NCBI GenBank assembly: GCA_965644295.1
Contig: CBFFRP010000166.1
Span: forward strand, 1 to 38,875
Reading direction: 5' to 3'
DNA: 38,875 bases
From: Paraphysomonas bandaiensis
Taxonomy: Eukaryota; Protista; Chrysophyceae
Shown here: positions 1-11,168 of the stretch, in pieces
Position numbering within the stretch: the stretch's first letter is position 1
Layout of the letters: the number at the start of each line of letters is the position of its first letter
The notes under the pieces: model-generated
Told to the model about the DNA's origin: nothing
What the model saw: the letters and a program-made list of their open reading frames with translations, nothing else
Database searches by the model: none
Position numbers and translations under genes: made by a program

Positions 1-86
1 TTATATTGTTATTATTATGGAGGAGGAGACTCTTGATAGCGCACAAGAGTCTACTAAATTCGAGTCAGTGAGAAGGACCCTCAGGC

Positions 87-1145
87 TTATGCTTGGAGGG
101 TTAGACCCTTCCATTGCCAATGCCAGTGAGGATCAAATCCGGGATATAGGCTTGGCATTTGGGTTGTCTGAGATCGAATCAGAGACGTTGGTGTCTCATA
201 GTGTCTAAATGCAAAATTTATAAGTCCTACCGGGTCGTCCCGCCAACGTAGTTCATCGTCTCTCTCGCGAATGAAATTCTTAATAGCCGCAAATCCATGT
301 TCGATAGGTTTTAGTTCCGGAGAGAATGGCGCACAATACATGTAATATTCTCGAAAAGTATCACCAATTACAATCCTCACAGCTTCTGTTCGCTGATTAG
401 CAGCATTATCAAATAAACCATATGCATCATCGTTAAGTAACGGCGCAATCGACTTCAAGAAAAAAATAACTTCGTTATCGGAAACAGTACCTTCAAAAAT
501 ATGCCATGCTAGAAACCCCAATTCAGTGTATGCAGCGTGAACAGCAAAAGAACGGCCACCTATCTGAATTTGTGCGCGCTCACAATCTTCACCCCTTGGT
601 GTCCAACCATATCTTGCTGAAAAATCACCTGAGCTTTGGACCATTCCATCAATATCCACAATGCGTCCAGCAGATATATGTGAGATGTCTTCCAAGAATT
701 GAATCTGCTCCTCTGGATTCTTCCTGATATTTTTCCAAGCCACTTTCTTTCGAGTGTTATCCAATTTGATGGTCCTATACACCGTTGCCAATGAAGTAGA
801 ATCTGGACAATGCTGCCCAAAGTACTCTTCATTGAATCGAAGAGTAAGCAGCCGCAATTTGACGCTACGATTCATCTCCAACATTTCATCAAGGTAATCT
901 TTAGCTTCTTCATTCTGTTCAAACGTGTGTCTGGGGCGTTTTCTTGGGTGATACGTACCACGACGAATTCTCTCTTCATAACTCATGCTTTTATATTCTG
1001 TCCACAACTTTTTAATATGTTTGAGGGTGATATTATCATCTATAGTAAGATTTTCATGAGCGAACTCAGGCGTGCTTCCCAAATCAAGGCAGTGATGCAT
1101 CAATAACTTAACAATTGGCAATGGAATATTTTGTCCCTTCACCAT
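87..1145 (-). CDS. IS630/Tc1-mariner superfamily transposase (DD35E); true C-terminus probably lost near position 200
   Basis: Motifs IVDIDG, YGWTPRG, GLFDNA and PFSPELKPIE (the PYSPxLNPIE motif of DDE_3), with 35 residues between the second D and the E. No TIR pair identified. Confidence 0.85.
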   Translation of the reverse strand: MVKGQNIPLPIVKLLMHHCLDLGSTPEFAHENLTIDDNITLKHIKKLWTEYKSMSYEERIRRGTYHPRKRPRHTFEQNEEAKDYLDEMLEMNRSVKLRLLTLRFNEEYFGQHCPDSTSLATVYRTIKLDNTRKKVAWKNIRKNPEEQIQFLEDISHISAGRIVDIDGMVQSSGDFSARYGWTPRGEDCERAQIQIGGRSFAVHAAYTELGFLAWHIFEGTVSDNEVIFFLKSIAPLLNDDAYGLFDNAANQRTEAVRIVIGDTFREYYMYCAPFSPELKPIEHGFAAIKNFIRERDDELRWRDDPVGLINFAFRHYETPTSLIRSQTTQMPSLYPGFDPHWHWQWKGLTLQA

Positions 1146-1966
1146 TATTCTTTTGTTTAGTGGTTGAAACTAGCTCTTTATGTGAATTGGTCATGAATAT
1201 GAGAGATATGTGTTATTTCGTACCTGGACAGATTGCTGCTTCTCTGGCAATCTAGGGCTCTTTCTCTTTCCTTTTCTCTGCTCTGGTACCATTACACTAC
1301 TCAGGATAATGCATTGGTGGCATTATTTTCCCATTGACTCCTATATGACACCTGTGGTAGCCTGTTAATGGAGTTATGTTGGGTCATTCTGAGTGTTGTG
1401 AGAAGAAAATCAAATCACTACTAAAAAAAAAAAAAAAGTGAACTGCAAAAAAACATCAGCGCTCCTTCGTTGAAAAATTATTTAGCCCGCACCGCAGGTG
1501 CGGGATCCCGCACCCTTGTTTTTACACAAAGGCCGCACAGCAAGTGCGCCCATCGAGTGATCCAATCAGCAGAGTGCATCATAGCATAGTGCATCATATC
1601 ACATGCATCGAGTATATGTATATAGTAATATGACGAGGCAGCCATATGCAGCAGATACACGTTAATGAGTGCTTGAATGATAGGTGATAACATGTTGCTA
1701 CCATCTTATTTCATGAAACTGTGAGATGAGATATGCAGTTACTGGACGAGGTTTATAAGGCTGTATGGAGAGGAACTGTGAAGGGCTGTATATTATGGTA
1801 TGAAGTGATTTGATATGGATATCAATGATTGAATTCCAGGTGGGAGCATCATGCTCCCATCATCCTATTTAAAGTGTCAGGTATGTAGAGAGATGAGAAG
1901 TGGTACATTTGAAGGAATAGAAGGCTGTATATCATGCATGCACTATGTTGTGTGATGGTATATGAT

Positions 1967-2900
1967 ATGCTGAATGTTGTCATGGTTTATTATGCTGTTG
2001 TAGGCGCAATGACGTTTATACTTACCGGTGCAAGAGGGATGCCTAAGCGACACAAGCGCCCGGCTGCCCCTGTACCATCTTGCAGTGAATATGTGTCATG
2101 TTGTGTAAGGGTATGCAGTATGGCTGTATGTGATAAGAATTCTGAACGGTGTGGAATAATAAAATGCTGAAGGCTGTGATGGTTTATTATGCTGTTGTAG
2201 GCGCAATGACGTTTATACTTACCGGTGCAAGAGGGATGCCTAAGCGACACAAGCGCCCGGCTGCCCCTGTTCCATCTTGCAGTGAATATGTGTCATGTTG
2301 TGTAAGGGTATGCAGTATGGCTGTATGTGATAAGAATTCTGAACGGTGTGGAATAATAAAATGCTGAACGCTGTGATGGTTGATTATACTGTTGTATGCT
2401 CTGTAAATAATGATACGATGTATTCCAATTACTAATGAATCATTAATTATAAGGGTACAGTATAAAAAGTTGATGGAGTGGTTATAAATGAATACATATA
2501 GGCATTCTACAGATTACTAACATCAGACTGTGTCGAATAATAAAATGCTGCACGCTGTAATGGTTGATTATACTGTTGTATGCTCTGTAAATAATGATAC
2601 GATGTATTCCAATTACTAATGAATCATTAATTATAAGGGTACATTATAAAAAGTTGATGGAGTGGTTATAAATGAATACATATAGGCATTCTACAGATTA
2701 CTAACATCAGACTGTGTCGAATAATAAAATGCTGAACGCTGTAATGGTTGATTATACTGTTGTATGCTCTGTAAATAATGATACGATGTATTCCAATTAC
2801 TAATGAATCATTAATTATAAGGGTACATTATAAAAAGTTGATGGAGTGGTTATAAATGAATACATATATTGGCATTCTACAGATTACTAACATCAGACTG
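1967..2900. repeat. Compound tandem array: 2 x 197 bp followed by ~3 x 184 bp
   Basis: Units begin with ATGCTG at 1967, 2164, 2361, 2545 and 2729. Units of each type are near-identical, and the two types share a ~45-bp junction motif. Confidence 0.95.
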
Positions 2901-3881
2901 AAGTTTCCTTTTCTTTGTCCTTGGAATAATGTTACCATCACTGTCCCTTCGTGCACTCATTGCATCATATATACTGTTTATGTATTTCTTAGAGGCTTTT
3001 TTTTTGGGGTGAAACTTGTCGTAATTTTCCTGACCAAATAAATCAACAATAACACGCAATTCAACCTTTTCAGCTATGCATTTTAAATTACTCTTCCATT
3101 CTCTGTACGAAGTAGACTGACTTGCCATACAGGGTTTCGGCTCATCAAGAAAACGTTTCTCGTCATCGTACAATAGGCCGAGTCCTTTAGTCAATACTCG
3201 ATTTAGTTTTTTCTGTTTGTTGACGTTGTCTACCATAGGGTATACAGTAAATCATAGATATGTGAAGTATGTCCACTTACCGGAGAAATCAGATGCCCGA
3301 TGTATAATGTATTCACCTATGCGCTTCATTAGTTCTTTCCCCACTGGACTTGTTTTCTCTGATATACGCACTCCTTGTGCGATACACCGCTTGATAATAT
3401 GCTTTGATACTGCCGCTCTCACATCTTTGTACCACAGCTCATTGGAGCTGCTTAATAACTCATTTCTTTTAAATCGCTTCGTCAGCGCAGTCTTCGTGTC
3501 TGACAAATACTGCCAAGCAGTACCTAGGGTCAAAGGCTTCTTCGTTGTTCCATGGACGGCGTGATCGATCAAAAAGCCACCGAAACATTGAAATAGTTCT
3601 ACATTTATATCACTGTCTATGAGTTCCTTATACCTCTTCTTCCCGTCGAACCGCATCTCCAAGTACTTCGCAAACTGAGCTAACGCAGAGGAGTTACGAT
3701 TTTTGGTTTCCCCATCACCGACTTTTCTAATGCCCCCTGTGGTAGTTGATTCCGTGGTAGTTGATTCCGTGGTAGTTGATTCCGTGGTAGTTGATTCCAT
3801 GCTACTATGATATGTTCTCGCTGTTATTATGTTCTGTATGTATGATACCATGCTGTGATGAGAGAGCTCCTCCTTCAACAC
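2877..3881 (-). pseudogene. Crypton-like tyrosine recombinase remnant (core-binding domain plus C-terminal segment; catalytic domain absent)
   Basis: ORF 3252..3881 has the SAM-like core-binding pattern SALAQFAKYL...LFQCFGGFL...LTLGTAWQYLSDTKTAL...WY seen in stramenopile Crypton-type proteins (recalled). No R..HxxR..Y motifs follow. ORF 2877..3236 continues on the same strand. Confidence 0.55.
3739..3798. repeat. 15-bp minisatellite x4 encoding (ESTTT)4
   Basis: GTGGTAGTTGATTCC repeated exactly four times. Confidence 0.95.
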
Positions 3882-4395
3882 CCACCTCCCTGGATCTATT
3901 ACTCACCAGCAACACCATACATACCACTGGTCACTCATCATCACCACTTATATAGTTCCACACCATTATGGTGCGGGCTTGAGTACGGTACCTTCCACAT
4001 TTTACAGAAAAGTCAAAAAGTTACGCAATGTTGTACAGTACGTCTGTTTTGTATAATACCATGGAATACGGCCCTTTTAAATAGGAATTTTAGCTACAGT
4101 ATAAAGAAATGTTGAAAATCAAGGGAAAACAATATACGAATACGCGTATACTATACCTACACACGTAGGAACTTCACGACCCTCAAAATCTACCTGCCTG
4201 TTCTTTGTTTTTTAGTTTTTATCTGAATTCGACATTTTTAAAATCACACTGAAGATTTTAATAATTTGAAGAAATATGGACAAGGGACATCTCTAGGGCT
4301 CTTAGTTGTGAAAGTGGAGAGAAATATTCCAGAAGTGTGGCATACCGTGTGTTATGCATTGTTTCTGTTTTTGAGAACGACTGAAAACAAATATT

Positions 4396-5674
4396 ATGAA
4401 TATTCAGCCGTTCTCAGCGCTCGATGATATTCTGATAGCGGACGTGGATGACAGTAAAGTCGGTGATGAAGAGCAATTAGACTACGAAGATGACTTTGAG
4501 AATGAATCGCGTCTGATAGTCTCCTTCTTGCCTGATGATAATGACTGCTCGGTGCCTACTTTTCACGATGCTTCAATGAAAGCACCGAATGACATAGTGA
4601 ATGAAAATATTGGATATTCAGTGGATATGAAGTCGTCATCTAATTCGCCCGGAGAGCTGTGCGACAAGGATTTAACTCCTAGACACCATATTGCAGCTAA
4701 AGAGGAAACTCTAGAATCAAGTCTGCCAAAGACTAGGATACGTTCAGATGATGTAGCTAGAACTATTAGGCAACCCACATTGCCGCGTTATGGCGTGAAG
4801 TCCACATATACTGTATTTTCTCGAGTAAAATCAGTTCCTGTAGATGTCATATCCAGAATACGGCCTTTGGAAGGAAAACGAAACGCAGCAGCACACCGCA
4901 GCTCTAACCGCGGTAACAGAGTGCTTAGGACAGATTCGACCACACTGAACGATGAAGTTATACACACTCTACATCGCGCACGTGAATTAGCAGATAAGTT
5001 GGAGATAATCAAAAATTATCAGCACGCGTCAGTGAAAAATGTAAGATTTTGTAAATGCTGTAGAATGATTGATTTTGGTGTCAGCTGGTAACAATGTCAT
5101 ATATATTTCTTTAGGTTTCACGTCGCGCAGTAGTGGTTCCTAATATTGAATTTGGTCAACTATCGAATTTTGTTTCATCGTCCGCACACTCTCGTCCGTC
5201 GGTTGCATCAGACAAGCAAGATATGGATTTCATGGACACGGCGTCATATACAGCAGTTGAGAAGAACACCTGCACACAACTAACAGAACATCAACTCGGG
5301 CAAGTTAATTCGAATGAACGAGCCAGGTCCAATACTTTTAATGAAGTGAGTTCAACATGTGGAGTTATTTACGACTCCGAAATGATGTCGTTGGCACAAA
5401 CGACGTTTGCTAATTTCCTGGATGATGTTGTAGGTAAGTTTACACTTATCATCTGGAAATGTAATTTGGACTGTCTTTGTATGTGAATATATTGCTGTTA
5501 CATGTAATATGTGCATTCTTTTTAGAAATATCTCAATCACGAGCCGCAAAATGCACATCAGCTGAAGAAACTTCTATGCATAGAATCTTGTCGAATCGAA
5601 TTCGTCTGATATTTACTGAACCATATTTTATGGAATCAATATTGCGTGAGATGGTTACATCAGCATCACGATAG
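4396..5674 (+). CDS. Hypothetical ~370-aa protein, 3 exons (4396-5040, 5115-5433, 5526-5674)
   Basis: GTAAG...AG introns 5041-5114 and 5434-5525 join three ORF-track segments in frame. No domain recognised. Confidence 0.7.
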
Positions 5675-6052
5675 TATGTTACCATAGTATTGTGACATCA
5701 TTAAGTTCAATAACGCTTGTTTATCGCAATTCATGTCTTATATGTCTTGTGTCGCCATGGCTTCGAAGCTGGAGCAGTCAACAATACATTGGATTGCAAT
5801 ATATTGCAATATAAATATTGCAATTATTTATTTTTCGTGCTACAATATATTGATTATTATTTTAGCAAAATTTGGCCTCGCAATATACTGATATATATTG
5901 GTCATGCTAGTGTGTCTTAGAAAATATACTTGATTAATCATAAACTACTCTTCATAATCGCATACCTCATCTACAATTATAACATCAAACAATTATGATA
6001 ACTACCTGCAACGAAGAACGCTACTCATGTTCAATATTAGAATTGGTTTTAA

Positions 6053-7776
6053 CCACACTCAAAAACCACACTCACCATCATAGCACAAAAAACACTGTTG
6101 TTATGTACGGAAAAAACGTAACAGTCAATTCGGACTCAACTCAAATGAAGTATGTGAATTCATATGACAGCAGCGGACAGCACTCCCAGTGACCCAATCA
6201 CAGGGCAAAATGATGTGCAGGTAACTTCATTATATTCGACTCATTCTTATACTTAAAGATGTCTCCAAAGCAGAGCAGATCCAATACAAAAGAGCGCACA
6301 GAGAAGGCTGCACGGCAAGCCAAAATTAGGGCTGAGTCGAAGAAGCTTAAAAAGCAGTGGAAGCGGGTTGATTTGAGACATGAATCGTTTCACTTGCCAG
6401 ATTCAGACCTTCTCAGTCAATATCCGACGTTTAAGCTGCGAAGGCCAACGCTTCTGAGCATATTTCTAAAGTTTGTTACACCTGCACTTGTCACGACAAT
6501 TGCCCGAGATATAGATCCTGAGCACCTCCTTTACAACAGAGGGGACTCCGTGCTGTTATCTGTGAGTAAGATATACAAGATGCTTGCCATTTGGATTCGT
6601 ATTTATGGCGAACAGTTCGTGTTTACTGGTGTCCAGAAGAATATCCGTCCACTGCGTTCACAACTTGAGTATTACCGAAAAGAGTTCAGAAGAAATTATC
6701 CTACGATTTCGTCGTTTGGCATACGATTTGCCGAAATATTCACTTCCAACTTTACGTTCGACAAGCGCTACTCTGAAGGTATATCTTCGAACTTCAGAAG
6801 CATCCTTAGAGGGATTGGTCGTGCTCTTGCTGGAGATGAGAAGCTTCTACATTTTTCAGGTGCTAGCAAAATATTGCTTACTATATACGTAATAGAATAT
6901 TGATTTGCAGGTAAAAGTCCAGATGTACGTGTTGTTTACATGAAACCTGACAAGGAAGGGTTGTGGCTGTATGAGCTGTGTGCACCTCTGAAACACAAGT
7001 TAACTTACATGTTGGATGTGTGGCTGCACGATGCTATCAAACCACTGGGGGAGTCTATACCTGTTTCCAACGTTGTCAGTCACTGGGGCAATATCATACA
7101 TCAATTTAATTCTGCCCATAAGACTGAGTCAGTCCTGGTTTTTGACTCGTATTACTTGGATGATGCTGGACGGCAAATATTGCATGATAAGGGAGTGAAA
7201 TTTATAGGAGCCGTTAATCCAAAGCGATTTCCTGCGTTGACACGACTGGTGCGAGACGGAGTAGATATGAGGGGAAAATGGAATGGGTTGTGGAACGAGA
7301 GACAGAAGCAAATAATTGTGCACGCTCATAGAAAAGATGGAATGCAACACACAGCATTAAGTAATGCATACACGAGGAGGGCAACCAAAGCCTCTACAAC
7401 ATGTATTCCTGTGTGTGATGACTATTCCAAGCTGTTTCATGCCTGTGACAGATACAACAAGCAAATCAAACACAGGTTATGGCCACACAGGAATGGTGGC
7501 AATGGGCGCTTGGGTGAAGCGGGCAAGCATAATTCGTTTATGTTCGGTTGTATACTTCAAAACACTTTCAACGCATATCGTCATATAATGAATGTCAATT
7601 CCGAAGATTTTGAGTACTTTAGTTATTGCCAAACACTAGCAAACGATTTGTATGTGCATGCAAGCACACTCTCTGATAGTACTATTCAGTAAAGTAATAC
7701 AATAAATTTAATTGATTTGGACGTAAATATATTACTTCTTATAAGTGTGGTTACTGAGTGTGGTTAGTGAGTGTGG
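6053..7776 (+). mobile_element. piggyBac-like DNA transposon, apparently complete (1724 bp)
   Basis: TTAA at 6049-6052 and 7777-7780 flanks the inverted termini CCACACTCA / TGAGTGTGG; a transposase lies inside. Confidence 0.9.
6259..7692 (+). CDS. piggyBac-family DDD transposase (~460 aa; intron 6860-6910; possible extra 5' exon 6164-6220)
   Basis: Splicing gives GDEKLLHFSGKSPDVRVVYMKPDKEGLW (piggyBac DE..F.G.....KP.K.G motif). The further catalytic aspartates are in VFDSYY and ACDRYN. Confidence 0.88.
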
Positions 7777-8044
7777 TTAAGACCAAATTCGCACTGTCTC
7801 TGTCAAGCTATTCGCCAACGAGTAAACTCTAAACTGCTTAAATTGATGCTGTCATCCTCATACAAATATATTTTTCTTATAATCTGCAAAATAGAATGCC
7901 AGGCTAAACAGTCAATAAGCAGTGCCAGTAAAATGAACGCTATATCTTATATCCGCCCAAACTATAATACGAAACTATCACTGTACAGTATACGGTTCCA
8001 AACTAGTATTCGGCCATCGTCTCTTTCATATTTATTACGTACAA

Positions 8045-9695
8045 TGTTGAGATCTGAAGATTCTATATACTTGCAATTGAGTGCAGTATTATGTGAGATG
8101 CAAGGATCGAAAGATATATATGTAATTAGTACATTATATTGTGTAGTATGAAACTGAAGTAGAAGTCGGTGACTATACAGGATACGATCACTGAGTGTGT
8201 GGTTTGTACACTATAGTAGTAAATGAATGGTGTTGAAAACATCGAACACAACTTAGGTTCTTTATCATGCAATGTTTATTAATTTCATCTTATCATTTGA
8301 GAATAGTAAACCTTAGCAAATAATGTCAACTTCTGTTATGGTAGCGAATGCTAGTTGTAGGGATGGGGAAGATGACAAGAAGCTACGGTTTGACAAGAAC
8401 CAAGCAGACTATTCAGCGAGAAAAATCAAGATGCATCTGATGAAGAAAAACAGAAACCATCTTGGCTTGGAGGACCCGCCAGCCGGAGGAAGGAATTTAG
8501 AGTCATGGAGAGAGCGTAATGATACCTGTGTTAGTACTATTTGGGAGGCTTGCGAGCATGACCCTGATGTGTTGGAGGTAGCCAATCAATATTTGGAGGG
8601 GAAGGCAATTTTACCTGCTGATGCTCCTGCTAAGGAGGTGTTATCCAGTGAGCTCCTTCAGACACTGGTTGATAGGTTCAGAGGCGAGATTGGGACTGTA
8701 TTAGAGAAGACTACGGCAGAATACCATTCGTTCAAAATAAGGCCGGGGGAAAAGGTGTCTGTTGGGGTAGATCGACTGAACGGTATAATCCAGAAGCTCA
8801 TAAAATTGGGACAACCGCAGACAGAGGCAAGTAAATTAGCAAAGATAAAAGCAGCGCTGCAGATAGAGGAATTACATGATTTATGGATGTCGGTAGCGAT
8901 GATGCCTAAAGCAACAACTACATTTGATTCGGTGAAAGAGGCTTGTGAAGAGTATGACGAGGCTATGACGCAGCTGAAAAAACTAAAGGGAGACAAATCT
9001 GAAGAGATCAATTTTACAGCGTCGAAGGAGCCAGTGGTTTGTTCATTTAGTCGGAAGAAGGGACATCATGTAGCAGCGAATTGTTATGCTAAGGAACGAC
9101 AAAGAAAAATGGACAAGTTCAAAAGAAAAGGGAAGACAAAGGAAAAGGCTTCGAAGAGTGTGCAGCAGCCAGGATCAAAGGATTATACTGGTTGTCATAT
9201 CTGTGGAGATTTTAGTCACAAAGCCCGACAGTGCAAGTCGAAAAAACGGAAGAACATAAAAAAACCGGATAATGAGAATCCTCGAAAATCGAACAGGAAA
9301 TTCGAGACAGAATGGAAGAAATACGTCAACGACGGAGAGTCGTCGGATGATGAAGCGAATATGTTTGGAGAAGAGGTTTTGCTATCGGTGGATACGTCGG
9401 AAGAACCTCGTGTATATCTGGACAGTTGTGCAAGTAAAAGGCTGTTTTTATAGTAAAGGATAAAATTGCACTGGAGTCATTTACTCCAGAGTTTGGGGCA
9501 ATCCAACTAACTAGAAAGGGTTCTCAATTGGAGACACAGGGAACTGGTACATTCGGGGAATGGAGAGACATCAGAGTTAGTGAAGAAGCGGTGAAGAACA
9601 TTGTGTCAGGAGGAATGCTGAGATCCATGGGGTACGGATTACAACTGCTCCGAAAGTTTAAAATCGTGGAATTGGACTCTGGAAACGAGGTGTAA
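8045..9695 (+). mobile_element. Ty1/copia retrotransposon 5' fragment (putative LTR 8045-8267, gag, protease)
   Basis: Candidate LTR TGTTGA...TTATCA with no clear PBS. Gag-protease follows, and the sequence stops abruptly after the protease. Confidence 0.7.
8323..9695 (+). pseudogene. Copia Gag-protease, frameshifted at ~9450 and truncated
   Basis: Two CCHC-type knuckles (degenerate CSFSRKKGHHVAANC; CHICGDFSHKARQC) and protease YLDSCAS. The -1 frame continues IVKDK...KNIVSGGML. Confidence 0.8.
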
Positions 9696-10194
9696 AGCCG
9701 TGGGCTTTCATAACACCCTTTTACACGTTTAATGACATCATCATAATAATATTGATAACTATATTACTGCAATAACGATATGATAACATAATATGTATGG
9801 TATATGTAGCTTGTTTTGTATGAGAATGATGTCAACAAAAGATACAGATTATTATTACGAGGGCAAGACGGCAGACAACTAGGATTATACCCTCGAACAC
9901 ACGTCTTCTTTGGTCTACGCGATTGCTACCCGTCGGTTTACGCCTATATCCATACGGTAGTCGGTGTCATAGCGTTTTGGGTTAGGAAGCATTGATTGGT
10001 ACCGCATGTGCGATATTCGTAGTCCACCCATCGATATGAGAAGTCTTCTGATGTTTTTGAACAGCTCTATGTGCTTGCTCATCGTTCCGGACTATGATAT
10101 ACGATTATTTTCCCATTATCACACACCATCGATTTTCTCTGGAGTGTCTATAAATTGGTAAGGGGCTTTAGGCCTGGTGTCAAATGATGTCAAA

Positions 10195-10563
10195 AGGTAG
10201 TTCATAAGGTAGTTCATAAAAAAAGTGTGGAGTGTGAAAGTTGAAAAGGTAGTTCATAAAGAAGTTTATAAGGTAGTTCAAAATGTGTAAGAGTGTGAAA
10301 TTTTTTAAAAAAGTTCAAAAGGTAATTCATAAGGTAGTTCATGCTACAATATCAGTTTTGGTGAAGTTCATAAGAAGGTAGTTCGTAAGGTAGTTCATAA
10401 AAATGAGTAAAATATGGAAGTTGTAAAGGTAGTTCATAGAGCAGTTCATAAAATAGTTAAAAACCTACAAATTTTATTAATATTTTCTGAAAGTTCATAA
10501 GGTAGTTCATTTGGAAGTGTGAAATTTACTGTAGTTCAAAAGGTAGTAGAAAACGAAGTTCAT
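10195..10563. repeat. Irregular array of the 12-bp motif AAGGTAGTTCAT
   Basis: About 15 perfect or degenerate copies, often in tandem pairs separated by GTGTGAAA-containing spacers. Confidence 0.9.
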
Positions 10564-10657
10564 GTTACAGCATCATTATTTTTAGTTATAATTATTACTT
10601 TATAATATAACAGTTGATAAAATAAGGTAGAGAAGTGTACTGTATACGTACAATATA

Positions 10658-11168
10658 CCCTCAACAAAGTCGGACTCGCACCTTTTCGTGGTGTTCTGGG
10701 GGATAAGTACCGGAGAGATTCTCTCTGGGAAACTAACGTGAGCCGCAAGCATAGTCAGCAGATATTGTTCTGCCCACTCATAGCCGACTGCTTGTGTGGT
10801 ACAAGGGCCACCAATAAGTGTCACTTGTGTAGACGTCTTTGGGCCCTGACGAATAAACAGGCATCCGGAAATGAGCCCACCTCAAGGGCATCCGGGATAG
10901 GGCCCACCTCAAGGGTAACCGGGGTATTGGGCTACCTGCTGAAGTCAAGCATCCGGGATGTTCACCTTAAGAACTCAGAACGGAAGTGGTTGCACCTTGG
11001 TGCTTGCGGCGACGCACAAGCAGCTTTCGTAGCGTTAAATAGTAGGATAACAGCGTCTGTTCTGATTAGATAGTTACAGGTAGAAGTCTAACTAGAATAC
11101 CTAGCATTCATCTAGCTACTAAGTTGGTGCAGATTCTTCACGCCTATTGCTAAATAAAAGACTTTCAA
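10658..11168. mobile_element. Unclassified structured non-coding interspersed repeat, copy 1, with 15-bp TSD
   Basis: Homologous end to end with 32686-33265. Flanked by the exact direct repeat TATACGTACAATATA at 10643-10657 and 11169-11183. Confidence 0.85.

Noticed and set aside
87-1480. Fanzor/TnpB cargo associated with the IS630-like transposase
   Set aside because: No RuvC or zinc-finger motifs typical of TnpB were seen in any ORF in the window.
1967-2900. CRISPR-like repeat-spacer array
   Set aside because: The spacers are 140-150 bp and are themselves duplicated; there are no cas genes and the context is eukaryotic.
5772-5910. MITE built from TTGCAATAT repeats
   Set aside because: Only weak terminal similarity, no TSD, and a single copy in the window.
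9440-9460. Programmed -1 frameshift at G TTT TTA TAG in the Copia element
   Set aside because: It falls within the protease, downstream of the catalytic Asp, and Copia normally has one ORF. A homopolymer indel or sequencing error is more likely, as seen at ~14580 and ~17610.
9815-10160. Possible transposase exon (GLYPRTHVFFGLRDCYP)
   Set aside because: Too short and interrupted to assign to any family from sequence alone.
10720-10800. Group I intron P/Q-like motifs (CTGGGAAACT...TCAGCAG)
   Set aside because: No R or S elements (P7) could be found, and there is no host exon context.
10840-10895. Hammerhead ribozyme (CTGACGA...GAAA) in the structured repeat
   Set aside because: There is no stem II, the cleavage triplet would not be NUH, and copy 2 has TTGACGA and lacks GAAA.
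10560-11073. ORFs within the structured repeat
   Set aside because: The reading frames are broken by indels and stops between copies 1 and 2.
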